64,000 nucleotides of DNA from an uncultured Clostridia bacterium (lineage in GTDB: Bacteria; Bacillota; Clostridia; TANB77; CAG-508): positions 22,981 to 86,980 of the forward strand of contig CANQPE010000002.1 in the NCBI GenBank assembly GCA_947625645.1, written 5' to 3'. The notes under the pieces are model-generated. The model had not been told where the DNA came from. It did no database searches and saw only the letters and a program-made list of their open reading frames with translations. Shown piece after piece: positions 28,249-37,882 of the stretch. Position 1 is the first letter of the stretch; each line of letters begins with the position of its first letter. The translations under genes were made by a program, and so were the position numbers.

Positions 28249-30348
28249 ATGAAAATTAGAAGAAAAATTATTGCGATTGCATCCACACTAGCCATTTTAT
28301 TAGGAACAGGAACAGTATATGCAGCACTGGGAGGAACGATTAATGGAGTGCCAGTGCTAGAATGGATGGGAATCAAAGTTTCAAACCAAGAGGTGGAATA
28401 CATACAACCAGTTCAAAATAAAGTTGTAGAAAATGACATAGCAAGAGTGGCATTAGAATCAGCAGTATGTGACGATGGGTATACCATATTGCAATTTAGA
28501 GTAAACTTAAAAGATAAAATTATGCAACAATATCGAGAAGAGACGGAAGAAGGAACGAATGTACCATTTATCAATTTATTATTCAACGATTCCGCCAAAG
28601 ACTTGGTGGAAAAGGGGGAGTATAGTCTAAGCAATTACCATCTTATTGTTAACCAAGATGGTGTAAATATTAGAAATGGAGCAACCGATCAAACCCTTAA
28701 AAGAATATCTGAAAGTGAATATTTAGTAGATCAAGTATGGTTTTTAGATGACACCATTTTAGGAGACCAAGAAACATTTGAAATTACATTAAGAGACATT
28801 GCTATTAGAATGGAAAATGAAGGTTTTATGATAGATGGAAGCATTCAAACTACATTATCTAAAACAGAGGCAATGGAACAGTCAACAGTTATTATACCTG
28901 AAGAAGAAATGACGCTGACACGAGGAAAAATGAAGCATACCCTTGAAAAAGTAACAATAACACCATTACAGAACATTATAGAATTTCAAACGGTATACGA
29001 AGATGTCAATAGAGACGACTTTCAAAATACAATCCATCCATTAAAATATGAGGCATATGACGAAAATGGGGAATACCTATCAACAATGGATATCATTACA
29101 AAAGCAAACATTACTTACGAAGACGGTTCAGAAGAGGAATATGAATTGCAAGACGATTTTTCAGATGATACGTTTGCTAAAGAAACATTTGAACATGCAA
29201 AGTATGAAATTACTAGAAAAATTGCAATTGACCAAACCAATAAAAATGAAACAATCATATTAAAAGCATTCGAAACGATGTTAGAAGAGGGAAGAGAAAA
29301 AAGAGAAGGCATACAACAATATGAAGTGAATTTTGCGAAACAAACCATAAAAAGTCAAGATGAAGTAGAAGAAAATGAGCAAACAGAAAGTGATGTAACA
29401 AAAACAGAAGAGCCAATAGAAAGTGGTGTAGCGACAATAGAAGAGCAAATAAAAACAGAAAAAACGGGAAACATATTGAAAGCAGAAGTAACCCAAATGA
29501 CAATAGGAATAGAAGGTAAAGGCGTAATAGACGTCAAAGACAAAGAAATAATAGAGCAACTTGTAACAACAGTGAATGAAAAAACGCAAGAGTTCAAAAA
29601 TTTTACTGAAATATTTGGAGAAGACGATGGCGGGGCGGCACCTGCATGTCTACAAATTCATTTAGCTAATGGAAAATTTTATTTTATCGGAGTTTGTGAC
29701 AAGTATGTAAAAGATGCTACAGGCCAATATTATAATGTTATGTTCGTTAGTGAATATAATGAAGCAAACCATGAAAATATCATTAGTGATAAAATCTATA
29801 TTGTAGAAACAGAGTTACAAAAACAATTAGACGAATTATATGAACAAGAACGCCAAGCAAGTCAAACCCAGGCACCACAAGTAGAAGAATCTTATGAAGA
29901 GAAACCTAACCTAGAAGAAGCAAGTACAGAGAAAACAGAAATACTTAGCAATGTGGATTACATAAAAGTTAGTATCTTTGAACTAGAAGAAGAAATGGTT
30001 AAAGAAAAGGCTGTTACAATAAGAGACGCAAAAGAAATCAAGCAATTGGTGCAAACCATTAATGAACATGCAAGCCAATATGAAACATTTTTAGAAGACA
30101 TGGGAGCAGGAGACTATTTTGAAGGAACTCCAGCCATAACAGCATATTTAAAGAATGGAAATGAGGTTACTATCATGGCAAAGGATGACTTTGATAAAGA
30201 TAAAAATGGAAAATTTTACAATGTGTTTGCTTATTATGAATATGAAATGGGGGAGGAAATCCGCGCCGTAAAGGATGCATACTATAAGATAGATGTAGAT
30301 TTGCAACATCAAATAGAAGCATTATATCAAAAATATGAGAGAAAATAA
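28249..30348 (+). CDS. Membrane-anchored large extracytoplasmic protein, paralog 1 of the anti-sigma-like protein, lacking the cytoplasmic N-terminal segment
   Basis: Signal-anchor MKIRRKIIAIASTLAILLGTGTVYA; ~90% nucleotide identity to 31190.. over the first several hundred bp; C-terminal tandem ~125-aa domain pair. Confidence 0.7.
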   Translation: MKIRRKIIAIASTLAILLGTGTVYAALGGTINGVPVLEWMGIKVSNQEVEYIQPVQNKVVENDIARVALESAVCDDGYTILQFRVNLKDKIMQQYREETEEGTNVPFINLLFNDSAKDLVEKGEYSLSNYHLIVNQDGVNIRNGATDQTLKRISESEYLVDQVWFLDDTILGDQETFEITLRDIAIRMENEGFMIDGSIQTTLSKTEAMEQSTVIIPEEEMTLTRGKMKHTLEKVTITPLQNIIEFQTVYEDVNRDDFQNTIHPLKYEAYDENGEYLSTMDIITKANITYEDGSEEEYELQDDFSDDTFAKETFEHAKYEITRKIAIDQTNKNETIILKAFETMLEEGREKREGIQQYEVNFAKQTIKSQDEVEENEQTESDVTKTEEPIESGVATIEEQIKTEKTGNILKAEVTQMTIGIEGKGVIDVKDKEIIEQLVTTVNEKTQEFKNFTEIFGEDDGGAAPACLQIHLANGKFYFIGVCDKYVKDATGQYYNVMFVSEYNEANHENIISDKIYIVETELQKQLDELYEQERQASQTQAPQVEESYEEKPNLEEASTEKTEILSNVDYIKVSIFELEEEMVKEKAVTIRDAKEIKQLVQTINEHASQYETFLEDMGAGDYFEGTPAITAYLKNGNEVTIMAKDDFDKDKNGKFYNVFAYYEYEMGEEIRAVKDAYYKIDVDLQHQIEALYQKYERK

Positions 30349-30360
30349 AAAAGTTCTCTC

Positions 30361-30425
30361 GGGACAGTTAGGGACGTATCTTTTTTGTCCATTAGGGACA
30401 AAAAAGATACGTCCCTAATTGTCCC
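30361..30425. repeat. Palindromic repeat element copy 5, short form
   Basis: gggacaGttaggg left arm pairs with a T on the right arm (G·U in RNA); otherwise perfect. Confidence 0.9.
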
Positions 30426-30590
30426 AAACAGACACTAATTTGTTCGAGAGTTCTTGTAAAAAATGTTTACAAAAAAATGCGGAAATGATAAAATAAAAAA
30501 AATAAAAATTTGCACGAAACAGAAAGTTTGAATCGTTTTATAAATGAAAGAGGAAAAAAGGCAATTAAAAGGGGAGGAATAGAAAGGAAA

Positions 30591-31076
30591 ATGGAAAACC
30601 AAAAAATAAAAGAATTAGTAGAAACATATTCAGATATGATTATGAAAATTGCCTATCAAAACAGCTTTAATAAATCAGATAGTGAAGACATTGTTCAAGA
30701 AGTTTTTTTGAAGTTGATGAAAAACATAAACAAATTAGGAGAGGACAACAATTATATAAAGGCATGGCTAATTAGAGTGACAATAAATTTAAGCAAAGAC
30801 TATAACAAAAGCGCTTGGTATAAAAAGGTAAGAGCTATTGAAGAAGATAATCAAGAATATGAGTTTAACTCAGAAGAACAAGATGTTTTAAAGGAACTGG
30901 CAAAATTAAAACCAGTGTACCGAAATACCATTTATTTATACTATTATGAAGGGTACAGGATACATGAAATTGCCAAAATCTTAAATCAAAATGAAAATAC
31001 AGTAAGTTCCAACTTGACAAGAGCAAGAAAACAATTAAAAGGCATCTTAGAAGAAGGAGGTGAGCTGTATGCCTAA
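30591..31076 (+). CDS. ECF-type sigma-70 family RNA polymerase sigma factor
   Basis: Region 2 (DIVQEVFLKL...AWL) and region 4 HTH (IHEIAKILNQNENTVSSNLTRARKQL); stop overlaps the downstream start (ATGCCTAA). Confidence 0.8.
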   Translation: MENQKIKELVETYSDMIMKIAYQNSFNKSDSEDIVQEVFLKLMKNINKLGEDNNYIKAWLIRVTINLSKDYNKSAWYKKVRAIEEDNQEYEFNSEEQDVLKELAKLKPVYRNTIYLYYYEGYRIHEIAKILNQNENTVSSNLTRARKQLKGILEEGGELYA

Positions 31077-33249
31077 CCAATATCATAATGTCATATCAAA
31101 GATAAATTTAGATGAAAGTACCAAAGAAAACCTTATATTGCAGTTAGAACAAAATAAAACCAAAAAAGTGAAGGGAGTACTTTTCATGAAAATTAAAAGA
31201 GCAATGATTGCGATTGTATCAACACTCACCATTTTATTAGGAACAGGAACAGCATATGCAGCACTAGGAGGAACGATTAATGGAGTGCCAATGCTAGAAT
31301 GGATAGGAATCAAATTTTCAAATCAAGAGGGGGAATACATTCAACCAATTCAAAATCAGGTTGTAGAAAATGACGTAGCAAAAGTAGCATTAGAATCAGC
31401 AGTATGTGACGATGGGTTCACCATATTGCAATTTAGAGTAAACTTAAAAGATAAAATCGTGCAACAATATGAAGACGAAATAAACGAAGGCATATATAGC
31501 CCAGCTATCAGTTTATTTTATAATGAATCAGCTAAAATAGCAGGGGAGGGACAATCATTACCATTGGGTACTGATGGAAATCCTATTATTGGAAATCCTA
31601 TTATTGATGGAAATAGTGTAGATATCAGAAATGAAGCAACCGAACAAACCCTCAAAAGAATATCAATAAGTGAATATTTAGTATATCAAGTATGGTTTTT
31701 AGATGAGACTATTTTAGGAGACGAAGAAACATTTGAAATTGAATTAAGAGATATTGCTATCAAGGTGTTAGGAAGAGACGGTTTTAAGATAGATGGAAGT
31801 ATTCAAACTACATTATCTAAAACAGAGGCAATGGAACATTCAAAAGTGATTACACCAAAAGAAGAAATGACAGTGACACGAGGAAAAATGAAGCATACAC
31901 TTGAGAAAGTAACAGTAACACCATTACAAAATATTGTAGAAATCAAAACAGTGTACGAAGATGTCAATAGAGACGATTTTAAAAATACAATTCGTGCATT
32001 GGTATATGAGGCATATTACGATGATATATACAGTTTATCTACAAAGGATATTGTTACAGAATCACGTATTACTTACGAAGACGGCTCAACAGAAGAACAT
32101 GAAGTGCCAGATGTTTTTTTTGAGAATGATATATTTGATAAAGAAACATTTGAACATGCAAAGTATGAAATTACTAGAAAAATTGCAATTGACCAAAGTG
32201 ACAAAAATGAAGCATTCACATTAAAAGTATATGAATATGACTTTAGGGGAGAAGATGAAAGGAAAGAGATAAACGGCATACAACAATATGATATTAATTT
32301 GGTCGAACAAACCATAAAAAGTCAAGATGAAGTGGAAGAAAATGAGCAAATAGAAAATGATGCAACGAAAGTAAAAGAGAAAATAAAAACAGAAAAAACG
32401 GGAAATATATTAGAAGCAGATGTAACCCAAATGATAGTAGGAGTAGAAGGTAAAGGAGAAATAGAAATCAAGAACAAAGAAGTGATAGAGCAACTTGTAA
32501 CAACAGTGAATAAAAACACGCAAGAGTTCAAAAATTATGCTGAAATATTTGGAGAAGATGATGGTGGCGCGTCACCTACATGGATACAGATTCATTTAGC
32601 TGATGGAAAATTTTATTTTATTGCAGCTTGTGATGATTATGTAAAAGATACTGCAGGTAAATATTGGAATCTTATATTTGTTGTTGACGTCAAAGAGCCA
32701 AAAGAAAAATCCATGCAGAAAGTTTATATCATAGAAACAGATTTAGAAAAAACGTTAGACGAATTATATGAACAAGAACGCCAAACAGCAAGTCAAACCC
32801 AAACGCCACAAGTAGAAGAGCCTTCAGAAGATGAGACAGAAATACTTAGCGATGTAGATTACATAGAAATTAGTATCCCCGAACCAGGAGCAGAAAGCTA
32901 TGTACCAAAAACAGCTACGATAAGAGATGAAAAAGAAATCAAGCAATTGGTGCAAACCATTAATGAACATGCAAAACGATATGAGACATTTCTAGAAGAC
33001 GTGGGAGCGGGAGACTATTTTGAAGGGGGAGCAACCGTCATGGCATATTTGAAGAATGGAAATCAGGTTAGTATTACAGCACTTGATCATTTTGATCAAG
33101 ATAAAAATGGAGAATATTACAATGTGTTTAATTATTGTAATTATGAATGGTATGGAAAAATCCTTATCGACAGAAATGCATATTATAAGATAGATGTAGA
33201 TTTGCAACAGCAGATAAAGGAATTATATCAAAGATATGAGGGAGAATAA
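31069..33249 (+). CDS. Putative anti-sigma factor: short cytoplasmic N-terminus, one TM, DUF4179-like proximal ectodomain and a large ectodomain ending in two tandem ~125-aa domains
   Basis: Translationally coupled to the sigma gene; TM MIAIVSTLTILLGTGTAYA; internal repeat EVIEQLVTTVN... / KEIKQLVQTIN... Confidence 0.65.
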   Translation: MPNQYHNVISKINLDESTKENLILQLEQNKTKKVKGVLFMKIKRAMIAIVSTLTILLGTGTAYAALGGTINGVPMLEWIGIKFSNQEGEYIQPIQNQVVENDVAKVALESAVCDDGFTILQFRVNLKDKIVQQYEDEINEGIYSPAISLFYNESAKIAGEGQSLPLGTDGNPIIGNPIIDGNSVDIRNEATEQTLKRISISEYLVYQVWFLDETILGDEETFEIELRDIAIKVLGRDGFKIDGSIQTTLSKTEAMEHSKVITPKEEMTVTRGKMKHTLEKVTVTPLQNIVEIKTVYEDVNRDDFKNTIRALVYEAYYDDIYSLSTKDIVTESRITYEDGSTEEHEVPDVFFENDIFDKETFEHAKYEITRKIAIDQSDKNEAFTLKVYEYDFRGEDERKEINGIQQYDINLVEQTIKSQDEVEENEQIENDATKVKEKIKTEKTGNILEADVTQMIVGVEGKGEIEIKNKEVIEQLVTTVNKNTQEFKNYAEIFGEDDGGASPTWIQIHLADGKFYFIAACDDYVKDTAGKYWNLIFVVDVKEPKEKSMQKVYIIETDLEKTLDELYEQERQTASQTQTPQVEEPSEDETEILSDVDYIEISIPEPGAESYVPKTATIRDEKEIKQLVQTINEHAKRYETFLEDVGAGDYFEGGATVMAYLKNGNQVSITALDHFDQDKNGEYYNVFNYCNYEWYGKILIDRNAYYKIDVDLQQQIKELYQRYEGE

Positions 33250-33260
33250 AAAATTCTCTC

Positions 33261-33325
33261 GGGACAATTAGGGACGTATCTTTTTTGTCCGTTAGGGACA
33301 AAAAAGATACGTCCCTAATTGTCCC
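33261..33325. repeat. Palindromic repeat element copy 6, short form
   Basis: Perfect arms, loop gtta; lies between the paralog-2 stop and rsmB start. Confidence 0.9.
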
Positions 33326-33353
33326 TCGGCCAGAAAAAAAGGAGGAAGAAAAA

Positions 33354-34676
33354 GTGATTGATAAAGTCAGAGAAGTAGCACTGAAGGTGCTGTATAAAGT
33401 TGATAAGGAGAAAGCATTTTCTAATCTTGTGCTAAATCAGGAGATAAAAGATACGAAAAAAAATGGAGTGCAACTTACACCACGTGATGTGGGTCTCATT
33501 TCAGAGATTGTGTATGGCGTAACCAATTGGAGACTGACCATTGATCATATCATTGAAACATATGCAACAATCAAATTGAAAAAAATTTCGCCTTGGATTA
33601 TGAATATTTTAAGAATGGGAATTTATCAAATTGTATGGTTAGATAAAATTCCAAAATCTGCCGCAGTGAATGAAAGCGTTAATTTGGCAAAACGTTATGG
33701 TCATAGTGGCAGTGCTAGATTTGTCAATGCAATTTTACACAAAATAACAAAAGAGGATTATCATAAAATGACACAAATTGCAGATAATAAACAAAGAATT
33801 TCACTTATGTATGCAATGCCAATGTGGATAGTAGAACAATTACTAAAAGAAAGAAAAACAATAAAAGAAGTAGAAACCATTTGCCAAGAACTAACACAAA
33901 GACCAACGCTTACAATTAGAAGAAATCAATTAAAAATTCAAAAAAAGGAATTTGAAGAACAACTCACCAAGGCACAAATCATATTTGAAAATAGTACGAT
34001 TAATCCAGATTTTTATTACATAAAAAATATGAAACAAATAGAAGAATTGGAGTTATTCCAAAAAGGGTACATGACAGTGCAAGATGTATCTGCTGGACTA
34101 GCAGCATGGTATTTGGAACCAAAACCTGGGGAGACTATTTTAGATGCATGTAGTGCACCAGGCGGGAAAACAACCTATTTAGCAGAAATAATGGGAAACC
34201 AAGGAAAGATAGAAGCATGGGATATATACCCACACAGAACAAAATTAATTCAAGAAAATGCCAAAAGATTAGGAATTACAATCATACACACAAAAGAGCA
34301 AGATGCAAGCATATACCATCCAGAATATAACGAAGCATTTGATAAAATTTTATTAGATGTCCCTTGCATGGGAATTGGTGTTATCAAACGAAAACCAGAT
34401 ATTAAATGGCAAAAAAGACCAGAAGATATACCAGAAGTGACGAAACTACAAGAACAAATCATAACGGCATGTGCCAACTATCTAAAAAAGGGAGGGCAAT
34501 TGATTTATTCTACATGTAGCATATTGGAAGAAGAAAATCAAAAAGTAGTACAGAAATTTCTAAAAAAACACACAGAATTTTTTGCAGAAGAACTTGTTTC
34601 AGAACAAAAAATGTTACAAATTCTCCCAAAAAATGAACAAGATGGATTTTTTATAGCAAAATTGGTAAAAAAATAA
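33354..34676 (+). CDS. rsmB: 16S rRNA (cytosine-C5) methyltransferase RsmB/Sun with N-terminal NusB-like domain
   Basis: NusB-like N-terminus, SAM-binding DxCSAPGGKT, PCMG and TCS catalytic Cys motifs; GTG start after AGGAGG; the ORF-track start at 33285 runs through the repeat. Confidence 0.85.
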   Translation: MIDKVREVALKVLYKVDKEKAFSNLVLNQEIKDTKKNGVQLTPRDVGLISEIVYGVTNWRLTIDHIIETYATIKLKKISPWIMNILRMGIYQIVWLDKIPKSAAVNESVNLAKRYGHSGSARFVNAILHKITKEDYHKMTQIADNKQRISLMYAMPMWIVEQLLKERKTIKEVETICQELTQRPTLTIRRNQLKIQKKEFEEQLTKAQIIFENSTINPDFYYIKNMKQIEELELFQKGYMTVQDVSAGLAAWYLEPKPGETILDACSAPGGKTTYLAEIMGNQGKIEAWDIYPHRTKLIQENAKRLGITIIHTKEQDASIYHPEYNEAFDKILLDVPCMGIGVIKRKPDIKWQKRPEDIPEVTKLQEQIITACANYLKKGGQLIYSTCSILEEENQKVVQKFLKKHTEFFAEELVSEQKMLQILPKNEQDGFFIAKLVKK

Positions 34677-34851
34677 TATTACATACATATTACAGTTATA
34701 TTACATTTTAATTAAAACAGTTGACTATTTAGCAAAAAACGATAAAATGGAATTAACCAATTAGAAGATTATTCAAACATAAGAAAAAAAAAGTAGTATG
34801 TTTTTTATAAAGTTGCAAATGATAGCAATATATAAAGATAAGGAGCAAAAA

Positions 34852-36624
34852 ATGGTAAGTTGTTTAGGATTATATATTGAAAACAATTTAATTAAATATG
34901 CTAAAGTTTCAAAGGACAAAGAAGGTAAGAAAATAGAAGCATATGGAGTAAAATTCTACGATAGAATTGAAGAAGGAATTCGACAAATTGTAGAAGAAAC
35001 TTATAGCTACAAAATTCCAATTTGTATCAATCTAACAGAAGAAATGTATCAGTATTTTGATATGTTCTCTTTATTAAGTAAAAATGACTTAGACAAAGCA
35101 GTGGAAATGGAATTTGAAGCATATTGTTCAGACAATGGTTTCAATGCAAGTGTATTTGAAACCCGTTATGCTGTGGTAGAAGGATTACAAGATGCAGAAA
35201 AACTAAAAGTCATTTTTGTCAGCGATAACAGATTAGAATTGAATAAAAGAATGCAACTTTTTGAAAAATATAGACTAACAGGGGTATACCCACTATCTAT
35301 TGCATTACCAACAATTTCTAAGCAAGTCGCACAGCAAAACTCTATTATTGTTAATATTGAAGAACACACAACAATTACAACAATTATCAATAAAAAAGTT
35401 TTTGATGTGAAAGTACTAGACCAAGGAAGTACAGATTTCTTAGATCGAATTAATCTAAAAGAAAATTCATATGCAAAAGCATACGAGGTTTGCAAAGAAA
35501 CAACGATATATACTTCAGAAGGAAAAGAATTAACAGAAAAAGAAGCTGGCTATCTAGAACTTATTATGCCTGTGTTATACCCAATTGTTGGACAAGTACA
35601 AAAAACAATGAATGAAAGTATGGAAAAAATTGAAAATGTTTATATAACAGGTACAGCAGCTTTGATTAATAACATAGATTTATATTTTCAAGAATATCTA
35701 GAAAATGCAAAATGCGAAATTTTAAAACCAGACTTTGTGGCAAGAAATGCAGATATTAATATTAAAGATTATATTGAAGTCAATTCCGCTATTGCAATTG
35801 CCTTAATGGGAATTGGAGAAGGTATTAGCGGAATGAACTTCAAGAAAAATACAGTAAATGATAAATTAAAAGACTTTTTTAAGTTAGAATTTGGCGCACA
35901 ACAAGGAGGAAGACTAATATCAAACGACTTAAAACAACCTCTGGACAGAACCGAAAAAAGCTTATTAAATGTATTGGCAGGCTTTTTCATCTTATTTGTT
36001 GTGTATACTGCATTTTCTCTGATGTTAAAACAAAGCTTTGCATACAAAGGCGCGCAGGCAGATGAATCTATTAAAAATTCAAACAAACAAATTTCATTGG
36101 TAGAACAAGATGACAGTGCCATTAAAGAAGTAAAAAATGATTATACTACCAGAATTGAAAATATACGAGAACTTAATAATCGAATTAATGAACGCAACCA
36201 ATCAAGAGGCGCATTACCAGGACTATTAAATCAATTAATGAACGTTATTCCAGATGAAGTAAAAATCAACTCAATTGAAACAGAAGTACACTTAGACGGA
36301 AAACCACTTACAACGGAAACAGACACAAACAAGATGACAGGAACAGATGAAACAACAACTAAAACAAGCGAAGCACAATCAGAAGATACAACAGCCACAG
36401 GAAATACAGCAGTAGCACAAGATACAACAACAGCTTCTACCACAGACACAACAGGTGTTAAAACAAATCACGTTGTTATTGAAGTGGAATCTGCAAAATA
36501 TGAACAAATTGCATTCTTAATAGGAAGCATTAAAACAGACGTAATTTTAACAAATGTCATTTCTACTTCAGGACAAAAAGAAAGCAATGTAATAAAAGTA
36601 ACGATAGAAGGTGATCTACCATGA
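34852..36624 (+). CDS. Type IV pilus assembly PilM-PilN fusion protein with a Thr-rich C-terminal region
   Basis: Actin-like ATPase fold N-terminal half, TM LLNVLAGFFILFVVYTAFSLML, coiled coil, T/E/D-rich low-complexity stretch. Confidence 0.55.
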   Translation: MVSCLGLYIENNLIKYAKVSKDKEGKKIEAYGVKFYDRIEEGIRQIVEETYSYKIPICINLTEEMYQYFDMFSLLSKNDLDKAVEMEFEAYCSDNGFNASVFETRYAVVEGLQDAEKLKVIFVSDNRLELNKRMQLFEKYRLTGVYPLSIALPTISKQVAQQNSIIVNIEEHTTITTIINKKVFDVKVLDQGSTDFLDRINLKENSYAKAYEVCKETTIYTSEGKELTEKEAGYLELIMPVLYPIVGQVQKTMNESMEKIENVYITGTAALINNIDLYFQEYLENAKCEILKPDFVARNADINIKDYIEVNSAIAIALMGIGEGISGMNFKKNTVNDKLKDFFKLEFGAQQGGRLISNDLKQPLDRTEKSLLNVLAGFFILFVVYTAFSLMLKQSFAYKGAQADESIKNSNKQISLVEQDDSAIKEVKNDYTTRIENIRELNNRINERNQSRGALPGLLNQLMNVIPDEVKINSIETEVHLDGKPLTTETDTNKMTGTDETTTKTSEAQSEDTTATGNTAVAQDTTTASTTDTTGVKTNHVVIEVESAKYEQIAFLIGSIKTDVILTNVISTSGQKESNVIKVTIEGDLP

Positions 36625-37382
36625 AAAAAATATTAATTTTACTATCCATCATTTTGCTGTGCGTGCTAACAGTGTTTACGGTGCTAAAAGGAATTCATAT
36701 TGGAGATTTTTCTATCTTGGGTATTTATGAAATTCAAGATGAAGATGCAAAATTGGATAAAAAGGTGAAACAAGCAACTAAACTTGCAAGTACAGATTAT
36801 AAAAATCAAATGCTTTCCATTGAACAAGATGTGAAAGACATGCAAGAAGAAAAACAAAAATATGAAGATGAAGTAGCTGCTAGTACAGAAAGCGAATTTG
36901 CAGCAGTGGTACAAAAGCAAAAATATTCTATAGACAAATTATGGACCAAAATTGGAACATTAGCCACAGACGAAGGACTAGATGCAAAATTTGTATATAA
37001 AAAAGGAACTTTACAAGCAGCACCTTCAGAACAAAAGGAATTTAACTATTATACAATTGAATTTGAAGTAACAGGAAGCTATATTGGTGTTTCATTATAT
37101 ATTTCAGACCTAGAAGACGACTCAGAATTAGGCTTTAAAATAGAAGATTTTAAAATGAAACCAGAAGGAAATGGAGACACCGTAAAAGCAACCTTTACTG
37201 TAAAAGACATTGCTATCATGGGACTTGTAGATATTGCAGAAGAAGAGCCAGAAGAAGAAGAAAGCAATACGACGAACACAACAGAAGAGAAAAAATCTAT
37301 TATCAATGCAATTAATACAACCGTAGATGACGTAACAGCAGAAAATACAGCAAATGTGACTAGAAATTCTACTAGTCAATAG
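36621..37382 (+). CDS. PilO-like pilus assembly protein (N-terminal TM, coiled coil, periplasmic domain, acidic/Thr-rich tail)
   Basis: Topology and position after pilM/N. Confidence 0.4.
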   Translation: MKKILILLSIILLCVLTVFTVLKGIHIGDFSILGIYEIQDEDAKLDKKVKQATKLASTDYKNQMLSIEQDVKDMQEEKQKYEDEVAASTESEFAAVVQKQKYSIDKLWTKIGTLATDEGLDAKFVYKKGTLQAAPSEQKEFNYYTIEFEVTGSYIGVSLYISDLEDDSELGFKIEDFKMKPEGNGDTVKATFTVKDIAIMGLVDIAEEEPEEEESNTTNTTEEKKSIINAINTTVDDVTAENTANVTRNSTSQ

Positions 37383-37396
37383 AAAAGGAGTATCTT

Positions 37397-37882
37397 ATGA
37401 CAAAAGGCGTTTTTAAAGAAATAATTATAATTTTATTATTAATTCTTGCAGTCATATTGTTACTAACGGTTTTACTATACGATTATGTACCTTTAAACAA
37501 GGTCATTCCAGAAAAAGTAACGTACACTGCAACAGAAGAAATTAAGTCAGCGCTTGAAGAAAAAAAGGTAAGCGATGAGGACACAGTTGTACTAACATAT
37601 GAAGTAACGTCAACAGATTTAAAGAATTACCAAAGAGTAAATGAATATAAAGCAGGTAGAAAAAATCCATTTGGAACTGTTGTAACCGAAACACCAACGG
37701 ATGAAAATACAGGAACACAAAATAACAGCGGAACTACAACAGGAACAACAGGAGGAACTTCTTCAAGTGCAACAAGTGGAACCACGGGAACTACCACAAG
37801 TGGCAGTGCTGGAAATAATAGCAGTACAGGAACGAGCAGCTCAACTAGTACACACTATTACCCAGACAAGGGAACAAAATAA
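37397..37882 (+). CDS. Membrane-anchored hypothetical protein with Thr/Gly/Ser-rich C-terminal half (pilus-associated?)
   Basis: MTKG-VFKEIIIILLLILAVILLL N-terminus; T/G/S low-complexity tail. Confidence 0.35.
   Translation: MTKGVFKEIIIILLLILAVILLLTVLLYDYVPLNKVIPEKVTYTATEEIKSALEEKKVSDEDTVVLTYEVTSTDLKNYQRVNEYKAGRKNPFGTVVTETPTDENTGTQNNSGTTTGTTGGTSSSATSGTTGTTTSGSAGNNSSTGTSSSTSTHYYPDKGTK

Noticed and set aside
28413-29597. Multiple antisense ORFs (70-100 aa) inside the two anti-sigma-like paralogs, also at 32073..32531
   Set aside because: They are low-complexity L/F/S-rich translations of the opposite strand of a Glu/Lys-rich coding region. They are fully nested and carry no RBS or protein features.
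33285-33353. N-terminal extensions MSVRDKKDTSLIVP… of rsmB (33285) and MGTDLWSMGDKKETSLIVP… of the transketolase subunit (45401)
   Set aside because: Both extensions are translations of palindromic element arms. Proper RBS-linked starts exist downstream, GTG at 33354 and ATG at 45476.
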